From Pristiophorus japonicus (lineage: Eukaryota), in the NCBI RefSeq assembly GCF_044704955.1, contig NW_027252549.1, forward strand, positions 248,001 to 312,000: a stretch of DNA of 64,000 bases. Reading direction: 5' to 3'. A program made the translations under genes and the position numbers. The notes beneath the pieces were generated by a model that saw nothing but the letters and a program-made list of their open reading frames with translations, was not told where the DNA came from and ran no database searches. Below, one piece after another: positions 25,201 through 37,784 of the stretch (within the stretch, counting starts at the first letter, position 1; each line of letters begins with the position of its first letter).

Positions 25201-25521
25201 AGCCTCACCACACCCACACACACGTTCACTCCCTCTCAGCTCCTGCTCTTTTTGTCTCCTCTGATGTGTAAATAATGATGACCCCTGACCTGCTGAATCG
25301 CGGGAATCGAGCGGTGCCATGCCGGTGCTAAGGGTGGCGTCACTTTACAGCAGAAGGTCATAGAGATTTAACGCTAACCCCCATTTCATATCGCTCGCGG
25401 TAATGCCCAATTTATAAACTGGAGACTAGTGGCTTTGAAAATGGGGGACAAGCCAGCGATCTGAAAACGCATTTTTATTACCCACTCCGGAAATAATGCC
25501 CAAAAGCGGAAAATATAGCCC
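22290..25521 (+). mobile_element. PIF/Harbinger DNA transposon, degenerate: HARBI1-like DDE nuclease (+, about 22290-23240) and convergent Myb/SANT gene (-, about 23720-25085)
   Basis: FPK..G.I.CTH, RNRKGFHSLKVQLVAD, YPGS, LGDKRY, YNESH and CSMLHNLAIRRG motifs followed by an acidic tail. Right terminus ...GGAAAATATAGCCC at 25521. Nuclease-side terminus not found. Confidence 0.88.
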
Positions 25522-25557
25522 ATAATCTCAGTAAAATTTAAAAATGTGATGATGATT

Positions 25558-25810
25558 AATTTCTTCTCAGTGGGTTTTAAATCTGTGGAATTCTCTGCCC
25601 CAGAGAGCTCTGGAGGCTGGGACATTGAATACATTTAAGGCGGAGATAATCAGATTTTTGACCAATAAGGACATAAAAGGTTATGGACATTGGCAGGGAA
25701 GTCGAGCTGAGTCGATGATGAAACCAGCCGTGATCTTATTGAATGGCGGTGCAGGCTCGAGAGGCCAGGTGGCCTACTCTTGCAACTATTTCTTATGTTC
25801 TTATGTTCCT
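25558..25810 (+). mobile_element. CR1 3' end fragment
   Basis: AATCTGTGGAATTCTCTGCC...GGCCTACTC...TTCTTATGTTCTTATG tail. Confidence 0.85.
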
Positions 25811-26379
25811 GCCAACATACCACACTTCACAATTGTATTTGTAAAATTCAATCTGCTCTTTTCAATCAGAGTTATGGTATTGCTGTGAGCGAAGGGATTG
25901 TTTTTGGACTGATATGCCGTCCGGGATGTGTAGGATCAGGTCAGAGATTTTTCCGAAGTTCTCTGGCTCTCCAGCATGAATATATTTAATATGAGTCAAC
26001 TCCCAATCAAATCTGCTGGTGATTTAAGGCCTGTTTTAGGCGGCACTGATATTGTAATCTTTTAATGCAAAATATATCTCAGTTAACAGAGTAAGGACTT
26101 AAATTTACATGCTGGAATGAGCGTCAAATGATGGTGTTAAATGATTGTCCATTTTTACCGATGATCAGCCACGATCTAAGTGAATAGTGGAGTTTGCTCG
26201 AAGGACTGAAAGGCCTACTCTTGCTCCAATTTTAAAATTTATAAATATTCCCAGTCAGATTTTTCCCTCCTGAAGTCTAGTACTATCATCCTCATTACAT
26301 ACTACATGTCCTAGTCTCGTTCGAGCTACCAAGGTTCAAATGATGCAGTTTATACCCAACTCTCGTTCATGAATCTATA

Positions 26380-26660
26380 TGAAACAGAGCAGTACTCCAA
26401 ATTCAGACCCATGGTGGAGATATCAGTACAGCTCGAGCCGGTCTGAACAACAGCCAGTCACCAATGCTCCCTGTTATCTGTCACTTAGCCAATGAAATGA
26501 CCATACTGCCCTGTCCCTTAAAGCCCATGCATTCGAATTTTATCAACAGGTTTGTTAGGTGGCAGTTTGTCAAACGCCTTTCAACAGTCCTTATACACAT
26601 CACCAAAAACGTAATATGTCCAGATATATCTCGATTGCGACCAAAATGTTTCACCTCACG
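26380..26660 (-). repeat. Old CR1 RT-derived segment, copy 1 of a ~280-bp direct duplication (copy 2 at about 27612-27885)
   Basis: Shared AAACAGAGCAGTACT, GTCTGAACAACAG, TTATCTGTCACTTAGCCAATGA, CAGTTTGTCAAACGCCTTTCAA, AAAAACGTAATAT. Confidence 0.8.
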
Positions 26661-26790
26661 TGCAATGTGACCGCTGGCTTTGAGTACAACATTCCCGGTA
26701 AAATTGAAAGACATCACATCGGACGACAGTCACTCTTGACTCTTACAAATCAAATTATACAAATACAATAAATAAATGTCATATTTACTC

Positions 26791-27602
26791 CTGCGAGGAG
26801 GATGCTATGAGGCTGCAGAGTGAATTCGATAGGTTAGGTGAGTGGGCAAATGCATGGCAGATGAAGTATAATGTGGATGAAAGTAAGGTTATCCACTTTG
26901 GTTGTAAAAACAGAGAGACAGACTATTATCTGAATGGTGACTGATTAGGAAAAGGGGAGGTGCAACGAGACGAGGGTGTCATGGTACATCAGTCAATGAA
27001 GGTTGTCATGCAGGTACCACAGGCGGTTAAGAAGGAAAATGGAATGTTGGCCTTCATAGCGAGGGAATTTGAGTAAAGTGGCAGGGAGGTGTTACTACAG
27101 TTGTACCGGGCCTTGGTGAGGCCACACCTGGAGTATTGTGTACAGTTTGGTCTCCTAATTTGAGGAAGGACATTATTGCTATTGAGGGCGTGCAACGAAG
27201 GTTCACCAGTCTGATTCCAGAGATGGCGGGACTGACATATCCAGAATGATTGGATCAACTGGGCTTGTATTCACTGGAGTTCAAAAGAATGGAGGGGATC
27301 TCATAGAAACGTTTACAATTCAGCCGGGTTTAGACTGGTTCGATGCAGGAAGAATGTTCCCAATGTTGGGGATGTCCAGAACCAGGGGTCACAGTCTCAG
27401 GATAAGGGGTAAGCTATTTAGGACCGGAATGAGGAGAAACTTCTTCACCCATTCATGCTCTCTCGCCATACCCCAAGTGGTATTGCGAGAGAGCATGAAT
27501 GGGGTGCTGAAGTTGCATGTCCAGCCATGAACTCATTGAATGGCGGTGCAGGCACGAAGGGCCGAATGGCCTACTCCTGCACCTATTTTCTACGTTTCTA
27601 TG
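26791..27602 (+). mobile_element. HER1-like LINE 3' fragment with internal deletion/rearrangement
   Basis: Matches 2851-3760 apart from a scrambled segment near 27450-27500. Ends in a TTTCTATG-like tail. Confidence 0.92.
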
Positions 27603-28179
27603 AATCACTATCAAACAGAGCAGTACTCTAATCCCGACCTCTGGGCGAGACAGCAGTATATCTCGCGCCAGTCTGAACAACAGTACCAATGCTCTCGGTT
27701 ATCTGTCACTTAGCCAATGACAAGACCATACAGCCCTGTCCTTTTAATCCCCTGCGTTAGAATTTTATCAACACGTCTATTAAGTGCCAGTTTGTCAAAC
27801 GCCTTTCAATAGTCCTGATACACATCATCAAAAACGTAATATTTCTAGATATACCTAGATTCCTATCAAATTGTATCACCTCACATTCATCTTGAAATTC
27901 ACTTTCCACGTCACTTCACAGTCGACATGTTTCCTCGTGCTTATTCTAAGATAATCTTTAGAGAATTGCCACATACATATTTTAAGTAAAGCATCAAATA
28001 AAATACTGAATAAAACAATTTATAAGGTAATAAAGCAGCAATTAACGACTGTATGACATTTTGGAATTGATAAGGAAACCATAGTGTTTATTGCTATTCG
28101 GTGAAGATGTTATTTATTTCATCCAACAGAGCCACGGCCCTGATTACATAAACCTCACTTTGTGTCTTTCCATATCTAA

Positions 28180-28762
28180 TTATGCACCCAAAATCCTCCG
28201 CTCCTCCCCACATTACCCAATATCCTCAGCTCCTCCCGACCCCACCCAATATCGTCAGACCCTCCCCACACCACCCAATAACCTCAGCTGCTCTCCAACA
28301 CATCCAATATACTCAGCACCTCCTTACCACTCCCACTATCATCAGCTTCTCCGGATCCCACCCAATATCCTCAGCGCCAGCCCACGCGACCCAATTTGCT
28401 CAGCTCATCCATACCCCACCTAATATCCTCAGCTTCTTTGCACGCCACCATTATCTTCAGCTCCTCCCCAACCCACCAAATATCCTCAGACTCTCCCCAT
28501 CGCACCCAATATCCTCAGCTACTCTCCAGCCCCAACGATTATCCTCAGCTCCTCCCCACCCCACGCAATATCGTCAGACCCTCCCTAGACCACTCAATAT
28601 TCTCAGCTCCTCCCCATCCCACCCAATATTCTCACACACTCTTCAACCCACCCCATATAATCAGCTCCTCCACACCCCAACCAATATCCTCAGCTCCTCC
28701 CCACCACTCCCAATATCCCGGCTCCTCCCAACCCCAACCAATATCGTCAACTCTTCCCCACT
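28180..28762. repeat. ~29-bp C-rich minisatellite (CCCAATATCCTCAGCTCCTCCCCACCCCA-like)
   Basis: About 20 degenerate copies of CCAATATC.TCAG.TCCTCCCC. Overlapping Pro/His/Ser ORFs in three frames are repeat artefacts. Confidence 0.88.
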
Positions 28763-28989
28763 AATGTTGCCTCTAATTTATTTTCCTGAGCATGCCAGAA
28801 ACTCCTTATAGGGCGACCTTTTCACCCCTCGGCAAAGTTTATAACAACATTATTTACAACCACTTTTACAAAAACGACAGCAGCAGTAACCACTTAAAAT
28901 CATGTATAGAGTTATGCCATATTGACAGCCCACCATCTGAGGTCATTAGACAATCAGACAACGTTCGATACAGGGTTTACATAACTTCT

Positions 28990-29240
28990 CTGCGGTTCAA
29001 TTATAACCCTCTATAAATTGCCTCCAGTGCTTCATTTGCACTTATATGGCGTTATTTTCCTCCATTGCTACATTTAGTGACTTGTGTATCTGTACCCAGA
29101 GAGCCCTTTGCACTTCTGGCCCATTTGTACACTTAATTTCCAAGGTTAGGTTGGGCCCTTATCTCTCCGAAGAAAATGCTCCACCTCACACTTATCTATA
29201 TTGAAAATCGTTTGATATTTACATGATCATTATGCACGTT
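28990..29240 (-). mobile_element. Old CR1 RT fragment
   Basis: Reverse-complement similarity to the KCEV.HF and DLGV.V region of CR1 ORF2. Confidence 0.5.
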
Positions 29241-29764
29241 TGTTGATGATAGAATTAGTTAACACCTTTTACTTCGTCATGTAAAAATTCTATTGAAAAA
29301 AAATGATCTCAAATGAGTGGGATATAAAGGAACTGCATAATAATGCATTAAAACTGGAGAATATTACTCAGTTACACGGTTATGCATCGACCAACAATCC
29401 AAATGCCCAAGGTGTGCTGAAAGGTGTAGATTTGTATTAATTTTAAAGTTGTCAACCTATTAGCCGCATCTCTCATGTCAGCATAGCAATGGCAGCACCA
29501 ACAGCAGGAACAGTGACTTTCCAAGGATACTGATAGCCTGTACGTTCCCATAAGTGTTGGAATATTAATCATAATCCAAACAGGCAACCAGCACAAAAAT
29601 TGCCGTAATTATTTAGTTCAAGGAACAAAAAAGAATTGAACAAAATGGACCGGAATTTCCAACTGCGATCATTCCATTAATAAACGTGGCCTTCATGTAC
29701 CAGCACCACGTCATGTAACATTTCAGAAATGAGGCACTTATTCACATGTGCAGAAAAACACATA

Positions 29765-32700
29765 AACGCTGCGGGAAGTGTATCCACCTCCAGCTCCTGA
29801 CAGACCGCGTTGCGGAATTGGAGCTGAGGGTGGATTCACTCTGGAGCATCCACGATGCTGAGAATGACGTGATTAATACGTGTAGCGAGTTGGTCTTACC
29901 GCAGGCAATGGGTCCACAGCCAGATCGGGAATGGAAGACCAACAGGAAGATCAGTGCAAGGTAGGTAGTGCAGGGGTCCCCTGCGGTCATCGCCCTGCAA
30001 AACAGATACACCGTTTTGAGTACTGTTGGGTGGATGACTCATCAGAGGAGGGCAGCAGCAGCCAAGTTCATGGCACCGTGGCTGGCTCTGCTGCCCAGGA
30101 GGGCAGAAAAAAGAGTTGGAGGGCGATAGTGATATGGGATCCAATTGTAAGAGGAATAGATAGGCGTTTCTGCGGCTGCAACCGAGACTCCAGGATGGTA
30201 TGTTGCCTTCCTGGTGCAAGGGTCAAGGCTGTTTCGGAGCGGGTGCAGGACATTCAGAAAAGGGATGGTGAACAGCCAGTTGTGGTGCATATACGTACCA
30301 ACGATATAGGTAAAAAACGGTATGAGGTCCTAAGACACGAATTTAAGGAGCTAGGAGCTAAAGTAAAAAGTAGGACCTCAAAAGTAGTAATCTTGGGATT
30401 GCTACCTGTGCCAATTGCGAGTCAGAGTAGGAATCGCAGGATAACTCAGATGTATACGTGGCTTGAGCAGTGTTGCAGCAGGGAAGGATTCAAATTCCTG
30501 GGGCATTGGGACCGGTTCTGGGGGAGGTGGGACCAGTCCAAACCGGACGGTCTGCACCTGGGCAGGACCAGAACCAATGTCCTCGGGGGAGTGTTCGTAA
30601 CGCTGTTGGGGAGGAGTTAAACACATCTGGCAGGGGGATGGGAACCAACGCAGGGAAACAGAGGGAAGCAAAATGGAGACAGAAGCAAAAGACAGAAAGG
30701 AGATGAGTTAAAGGGGAAGGCAGAGAAACCCAAGGCAAAAAACAAAAAAGGCCACTTTACAGCAAAATTGTAAAAGGTAAAATTGTATTAAAAAGGAAAG
30801 CCTGAAGGCTCTGTGCCTCAATGCGAGGAATATTCGGAATAAGGTGGACGAATTAACTGTGCAAATAGCAGTTAACGGATACGATGTGTTTGGCATCACG
30901 GAGACATGCCTCCAAGGCTGGGAACTCAACATCCAAGGGTATTCAACATTTAGGAAAGAAAGACAGATCGGAAAAAGAGGCGGGGTGGCGTTGCTGCTTA
31001 CAGAGGACATTAATGCAATAGTAAGGAAGGATATTTGCTTGGATGATGTGGACTCGGTATGGGTGGAGCTACGGAATACCAAAGGGCAGCAAACGCTCGT
31101 GGGAGTTGTGCACAGACCACCAAACACTCGTAGTGAAGTTGGGGAGAGCATCAAACAACAAATTAGGAATGCATGCAATAAAGGTACAGCAGTTATTTTC
31201 CGCGACTTTAATGTACACGTTCATTGGGCTAACCAAACTGGTCGGAATGCGGTTGAGGAGGAAATCCTGGAGAGTATTAGGGATGGTTTTCTGGACCAAT
31301 ATGTCGAGGAACCAGCTCAAAGGCTTGCCAGCCAAGACTGGGTGATGTGTAATGAGAAAGGACGAATTAGCAATCTTGCTGTGTGAGGCCCCTTGTGAAA
31401 GAGTGACCATAATAGAGTCGAATTATTTATTAAGAAAGAGAGTGACGCAGTTAATTCAGAGACCAGGGTCCTGAACTTAAGGAAAGGTCATTTCGATGGT
31501 ATGAGGCGTGAATTGGCTAGAATAGACTGGCGAGTGATACTTAAAGTGTTGACGGTGGATTAGCAATGGCAAACATTTAATGATCACATGGATGAACTTC
31601 AAGAATGTTACATCCCGGACTGGAGTAAAAGTAAAACGGGGCAGGTGGCTCAACCGTGGATAACAAGGGAAATTAAGGTTAGTGTTAAATCCAAGGAAGA
31701 GGCATATACATTGGCCAGAAAAGGCAGCAAACTTGAGGATAGGGAGTATTTTATCATTCTGCAGAGGGGCACAAAGATTTTACTTAGGGGGTGGGGGGGA
31801 TACATTATGAGAGGAAGCTTTCTGGCCACATAAAAACTGACTGCAAACGCTTCTTTAGATATGTGATTTGATAAAGATTTGGGAAGACAAACGTAGGTCC
31901 CTTGCAGTCAGATTCAGATTTATTTCTAATGGGGACAAAAGAAATGGCGGACCAGTCAAACAAGTACTTTAGAAACATAAAAACATAGAAAATAGGTGCA
32001 GGAGTAAGCCATTCGGCCCTTCGAGCCTGCTCCGCCATTCAATGAGTTCATGGCTGAAATTGTAAAATTCTTGAAGTTCATCCATGTGATCTTTAAATGT
32101 TTGGTTCTGTCTTCAGGAAGGAAGACAGAAATGACTTACCAGAAATACTATGTGACCGAGTGTCTAGTGAAAAGGAGGAACTGAAAGAAATCCTTATAAG
32201 GGGGCAAATTGTGTTAGGTAAATTGATGGGATTAAAGGCCGATAATTCCCAGGGGGCTGATACTCTGCATCCCAGAATAGTTAAGGATGTGGCCCTAAAA
32301 ATATTGGATGCATTGGTATTCATTTTCCAATAGTCAATCGACTCTATATCAGTTCCTATGGAATTGTGGGTAGCTAGTTTAACACCACTTTTTAAGAACG
32401 GAGGGAGAGTGAAAATCGTTAATTATAGACCGGTTAGACCGACATCTGTAGTGACGAAAATGTTGGAATCAATTATTAAAGTTGAAATAGAAGTGCATTT
32501 GCAAAGCAGTGACGGGATCGTTACAAGTGAGCATGGATTTATGAAAGGGAATTAATTCTTGCCAAAGCTAGGATAATTTTTTGAGCATGTAACTGATAGA
32601 GTGGACAAGGGAGAACCATTCCATTGGATGTGGTGTATTTGGATTTTAAAAAGGCTTTTGAGAAGGTCCCATACAAGAGATTGCCATGCAAAATTAGAGG

Positions 32701-33828
32701 ACATGGTATTGCGGGTAATGTACTGACGTGGATAGAGAACTATTTGGCAGACAGGAAGCAGAGAGTTGGGATAAACCGGCCCTTTTCAGAATGGCAGGCA
32801 GTGACTAATTGTGTGCCGCAGGGCGCAGTGCTCGGACTCCAGCTATTTACAATAAGCATTAATGATTTCTATGAAGGAATTGAGTGTAATATCTCCAATT
32901 TACAGATGACACTAAGCTGGGTGGCGGTGTGATCTGTGAGGAGGACACTTAGAGACTGCAGGTTGACTTGGTCAGGTTAGGTGAGTGGGCAAACGCATTG
33001 CAGATCCAGTATAATGTATATAAATGTCAGGTTATCCACTTTGGTGGCAAAAACACGAAGGCAGAATATTATCTGAATAGCGGCAGCTTATGAAAAGGGG
33101 AGGTTCAACGAGACCTGGATGTCATGGTACATTAGTCATTGACAGTTGGCATGCGGGTACAGCTGGCAGTGAAGAATGCAAATGGTATGTTGGCTTTCAT
33201 AACTAGGGGATTTGAGTGTAGGAGCAGGAAGATCTTGCTGCATTTGTACAGGGACTTAGTGAGGCCTTACTGGAATTTTGTGTTCAGTTTTGATCTCCTA
33301 ATCTGCGGAAGGACGTTCTTGCTATTGAGGGAGCGCAGCGAAGGTTCACCAGACTGATTCACGGGATGGCAGGACTGACATCTGAGGAGATACTGCATCG
33401 ACTGGGCCTGTATTCACTGCAGTTTAGAAGGATGACAGGGGATTTCATAAAAGCATATAAAATTCTGACGCAACTGGACAGGTTAAAGGTAGGAAGCATG
33501 TTCCCGACGTTGGGGCTGTCCTGAACCAGGGTTCATCGTCTAAGAATAAGGGGTAAGCCAATTAGGACTGAGATGAGGAGAAACTTCTTTCCTCAGAGAG
33601 TTGTGAACCTGTGGAATTCCCTACAGAAGAGATTGTTGATGCCAGTTCATTGGATATATGCAAGAGGGAGTTAGATATGGCCCTTACAGCTAAAGGAGCC
33701 AAGGGATATGAAGAGAAATCAGAAAAGGGGTACTGAGGGAATGATCAGCCATGATCTTATTTAATGTTGGTGCAGGTTCGAAGGAGCGAGTGGCCTACTC
33801 CTGCACCTATTTTCTATGTTTCTATGTT
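29765..33828 (+). mobile_element. HER1-like LINE, near full length (ORF1 Cys motif/coiled coil plus esterase; ORF2 APE-RT), degenerate
   Basis: CGKCIHLQLLTDRVAELELRVDSLWSI, IRTNDIGKK, DGLHL; APE GITETC; RT DVVYLDFKKAFEKVP, VPQGAVLG. Tail TTTCTATGTTTCTATG at about 33811-33827. Confidence 0.95.
31970..32095 (-). mobile_element. Small antisense HER1 3'-tail insert plus short inverted ORF2 piece nested in the LINE
   Basis: AGAAACATAAAAACATAGAAAATAGGTGCAGGAGT... interrupts the host at AAGTACTTT/TTTGGTTCTGTC. Confidence 0.8.
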
Positions 33829-33943
33829 GGGTGAATGAAGAAGAAATAACATATCACCTTAAGATTAGAGCGAGGTCTTCCAGGAGTAAAATCGGTCAGC
33901 ACGTTTTGATAGGATGGTAATGTTCAACTGGATTCCAGATTCT

Positions 33944-35140
33944 GGAACATAAGAACATAAGATTATGAGAAATAGGAACACGAGTTGTATTTTGGACCCT
34001 CTGGCATGGTCCGCCATTGAACGGGATTATGGCTGAAACTTCCATAGTTCCACCTGCCCGCACTATTGCCATTTCCCTTGCTTCGCTTAATATCAAAAAT
34101 CTATAGATTTCCGTCTTGAATATGCTCAATGACAGAGCCTCCTCATCCCACTCCGATAGAGAATTCTAAACATTCACACTGTTCTGAGTGCAGACATTTC
34201 TCCTCAGCTTAGTCCTAAATGTCCAACCCTGAATTCAGGAACTATGGTTCCTCGTTCCAGACAGGAGTAACATCCCACATGCAATAACACTCTCCAGCCC
34301 AGTAAGAATTGTGTATTATTCAATGAGATCACATCGAATTATTCTAAACTGTAGAGAATAAAGCCCTAGTCTACTTAATCATTCCTTGTAGGAGCACTCA
34401 AACCATGTCTTAGACAAGGAGTACAAAACTGTACACAGTACTCCAGGTGTGCTCTCACCAGTGCCCTGTATAATTGCATTCAGATGTTTTTCTCTTACAG
34501 TAAAGTCCTTTGTAACAAAGGCGAACATATCTTTTCCTCTCTTCATTGCTTGCTCTACTTGCATATTATCTTTCGGTGATTCGTGTACAAGGACACCCAG
34601 GTCCCTCTGAAAACCAGAAGTTTCCAATCTCTTACCATTTAATAAATCTCTGCTTTTCTATTCTTTCTGCGAAAGTGGAAAACGTGACATTTCTCCTCAC
34701 TATATTCCATTTGCAACGTTCTTGCCCGCTCACTTAGCCTCTCTATATTCCCTTCAAGCGTCTTTGCATCCTGCTCACAACTGAAATTCCCACCTAACTT
34801 AATATAATTAGCAAACTTGAATACACTGTACTTTGTCCTGTGAACTAAATCATTGATATATTTCGAGAATTGCTGAGGCCCAAGCACCGCACATTGCGGA
34901 ACCCCACAATTTACAGCACACAAACATTCATTTCTATTCACCGTGAACCAATTCTCAATGCATGTTAGCATAACAACCCTCACTCCATTGAGCACTAAAT
35001 TTCATTACTACCCGCTTAAGTGGCAGCTTATCGAATGCCTTCTGAAAATCCAAATACACACATCCACTAGTTCCCCTTATCTATTCTACTAGGTGCAACC
35101 TCAAAAACACTAACATATTTGTCAAAACATGATTTTCCTT
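33944..35140 (-). mobile_element. Diverged CR1 LINE 3' part
   Basis: GVPQCAVLGP, FKFANYIKLGG, DLGVLVHES. Tail GAACATAAGAACATAAG at the left end. Confidence 0.88.
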
Positions 35141-37099
35141 AAATAGAATTCTCTACCACACAAGGCTGTGGTTGTCGGGTTCTAATGGAGCATCCGCCAG
35201 TGAAGCATAGATTTCTTAGTGTTTATTCAATGCATATCCCTCATTCTGTTTGGCTTCGTTCTTTGAGGAAATGGTCACTCGACAATGGTGACAATGTAAG
35301 ATCATCTTGTGTCACTAAACATCACAGGAAGAACAGCTCACGCCATTAAATTCAAAGATTCCGAATGGACTGAGGACATTGATTTAGTAAATGTAGGCTG
35401 GAAACTGGATTCGGAGCATAGAGCGAAAGTTATTGACCAATGTATAAAAAGGCAGATGCGGGACTTATACACGCAATCTCTGATAACAGCATTTTCATCA
35501 TTTAGGGTATCGCAGGTCCCCCTGACTGTGTTTATCTCGGATTCTCTCTATCTCGGTTGATTCAGAATGAATGAATCCGGGAGTTTGCTCTTCTTTATGT
35601 GAGAGTGGAAGACTTGAAGATATGTTCTGAATGTTTCCCTGTAAATCATTCACATCTGCCTATTCCCTAAATTTGTACAACTGCACAAATGAGAGGATGG
35701 GAACATGGGAAAATAGGAAGAAAATTAGACCCATCGAGCCTGTACCGCCACGCAATGAGAAAATGGCTGATCTCCAAAAATATGACAATTTGTGTCCCCC
35801 ACCTTGTAACTACTTATTAGCGTTTCCATGGGTGCACTTAGAATCCAAAGAGCAACCATGATTCAGGAGCAGGTGAGAATTCTACAGCAGCGCTTTAGCA
35901 TTACTTATTTATAGAAGGAGTGGAGCCGTTTCCATTCTTGCACTAGGAACGATGATGTTAAGTAAAAAGTGCCAGTAACCAACTCGAATTAAACGCAATG
36001 ATAAGACATTCGGCACACATGGGAAGATTTTTAAACTGACTTGTGATTTTACTTGTTTCCTGCATTAGCAAGGATTCTCCTAAACAGGTTGCTGAGAGTT
36101 CTGAAAAAGGTGCAGACAAGTGTTCGCCGTTTCGATGACATCTTTTAGGAGGGAAAACGGAGCTGTTTGATGGGAGCGGAAACGCCGCCCCCTCGCTGGC
36201 AGCAAACCTCTTCTTCACACTCCCATCGCTATTTGTAGGATTGTCTGCGCCTTTTTGACTGCAAAATTAGGTTGAGTTTGGCATTGTTATGATGCAGCCA
36301 AAAGCACAATGGGAAGTGCAGTAAACATCGATATCATCTATTCTATTGGACCATTCAATGGTTGTCGGCTCGAATTTTAGGGAGGGTTTGGTGTTTACAG
36401 CACTAGAAAGTTAACGTGTGCAGAAAAATCGCAACATTCTGTTCTGCGGCTGAGCAGCGCCAACTATCGCACCAAAGAAAGAGACTTGCTGTTATGTATG
36501 GAATATTTCCCTGCAATTTGTTTTCATCTCCGTCTTTTCCCAGATGTTGAACAAATGCATATATGAGAGGATCACACAAAATGCTCCGAGACACTGGGCC
36601 GCTAAACATTGAGAGGTGACTGTGGTTAATGTGAGTATGTTCGATATATTCTCGTTCATCTGACATAAAAACGGCTGAGCCTCGGGTGTGAATCGAACAT
36701 GCAGTCCTCTGATCTGAATTTCGACGTGTTTTGGAAATCCTATTGCATCTTCAATACGCCACACAAAGATACCCTTCGTATATATGGTTCCAATGCTGTC
36801 TCCATTCCCCCCATGTAGAAGATCTTCCTCTCTATGGTGGAATTTTTCGCAGCTGAATGATTCTTCCGAGTTGACACATGAAGGCTATCAAATCAACAGA
36901 GTTCCTGCGGGATGTGAGGCAACTATGAGACGCAGCTTTCCTTGGCACTGCCCATGTCACGCTCGTTTCTGCCGCCCGCTGCCAGTGAGCTACCACATAT
37001 CCAATCACAGGGTTAGGTCGCAAAATATTAGCAGAGAAAGAGGCACGTTCTCAAATTCTAAATCAGAGGTACAGGTAAAGTTCTCGCTATGGATTTGGA

Positions 37100-37430
37100 A
37101 CAGAGTTGCAAAGAAATAGGTGTAAGATAGAGACAACTATTTCCTCTGATGTGGCAGTCCAGCACAATGCGATATAAACAAAAATGAGAGTCATCCGTTC
37201 AGGAATGATGTAAGGAATCAGTTTTTCTCACAGATGATAATGGCAAACTGGAACTTGCACTCAAAAAACTGCTGGGGGTGGGGGTCAATTGAAAATGTCG
37301 AAATTCAGGTTGATGGAAATTTGTGAGGCACGGATATCAAAATTTATGAAATCATCGCAGGCAAATCTAATTCAATGACAGAGCAGGCACGAGGGGCTGA
37401 ATGGCTCCTATTGTGTCTTTTTCCTCTATG
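37100..37430 (+). mobile_element. Old CR1 3' fragment
   Basis: Similarity to the ORF2 end and 3' UTR (GAGCAGGCACGAGGGGCTGAATGGCTCCT). Confidence 0.65.
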
Positions 37431-37784
37431 AGTGCAACAGGACAGAAAGCGAAACAGCTACAAACATACTGTACATTTTCTTCACATTTACCAGCAAAAA
37501 TATCCGTGACGTGCGCAAGAATCATATGGTCAGGCAGGAATTCTCGAAGCTGCGGTGTGGCTTTCCTGTGGCTCTCTTGCCTCTCACTGCCCTTCCACCC
37601 TCACGCTACCGGTTTTTAAACCTTGTTTTACATTTGCTGCTCTGGGCCAGTGCATTCCACAGTCTCGCAGCTTTTCCGACAAATACATTTTCACTGCTTG
37701 AGTTCGATGTTTATTAGCTTAAATATGCTGAAGGTGCAAAGGTAGCGCTTCATTGATCATATTAAAAGACGGCTTATTGAATGA

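Noticed and set aside
28091-28811. Pro/His-rich mucin- or extensin-like protein
   Set aside because: The ORFs are open in all three frames because the C-rich repeat lacks stops, and the unit length is not a multiple of 3.
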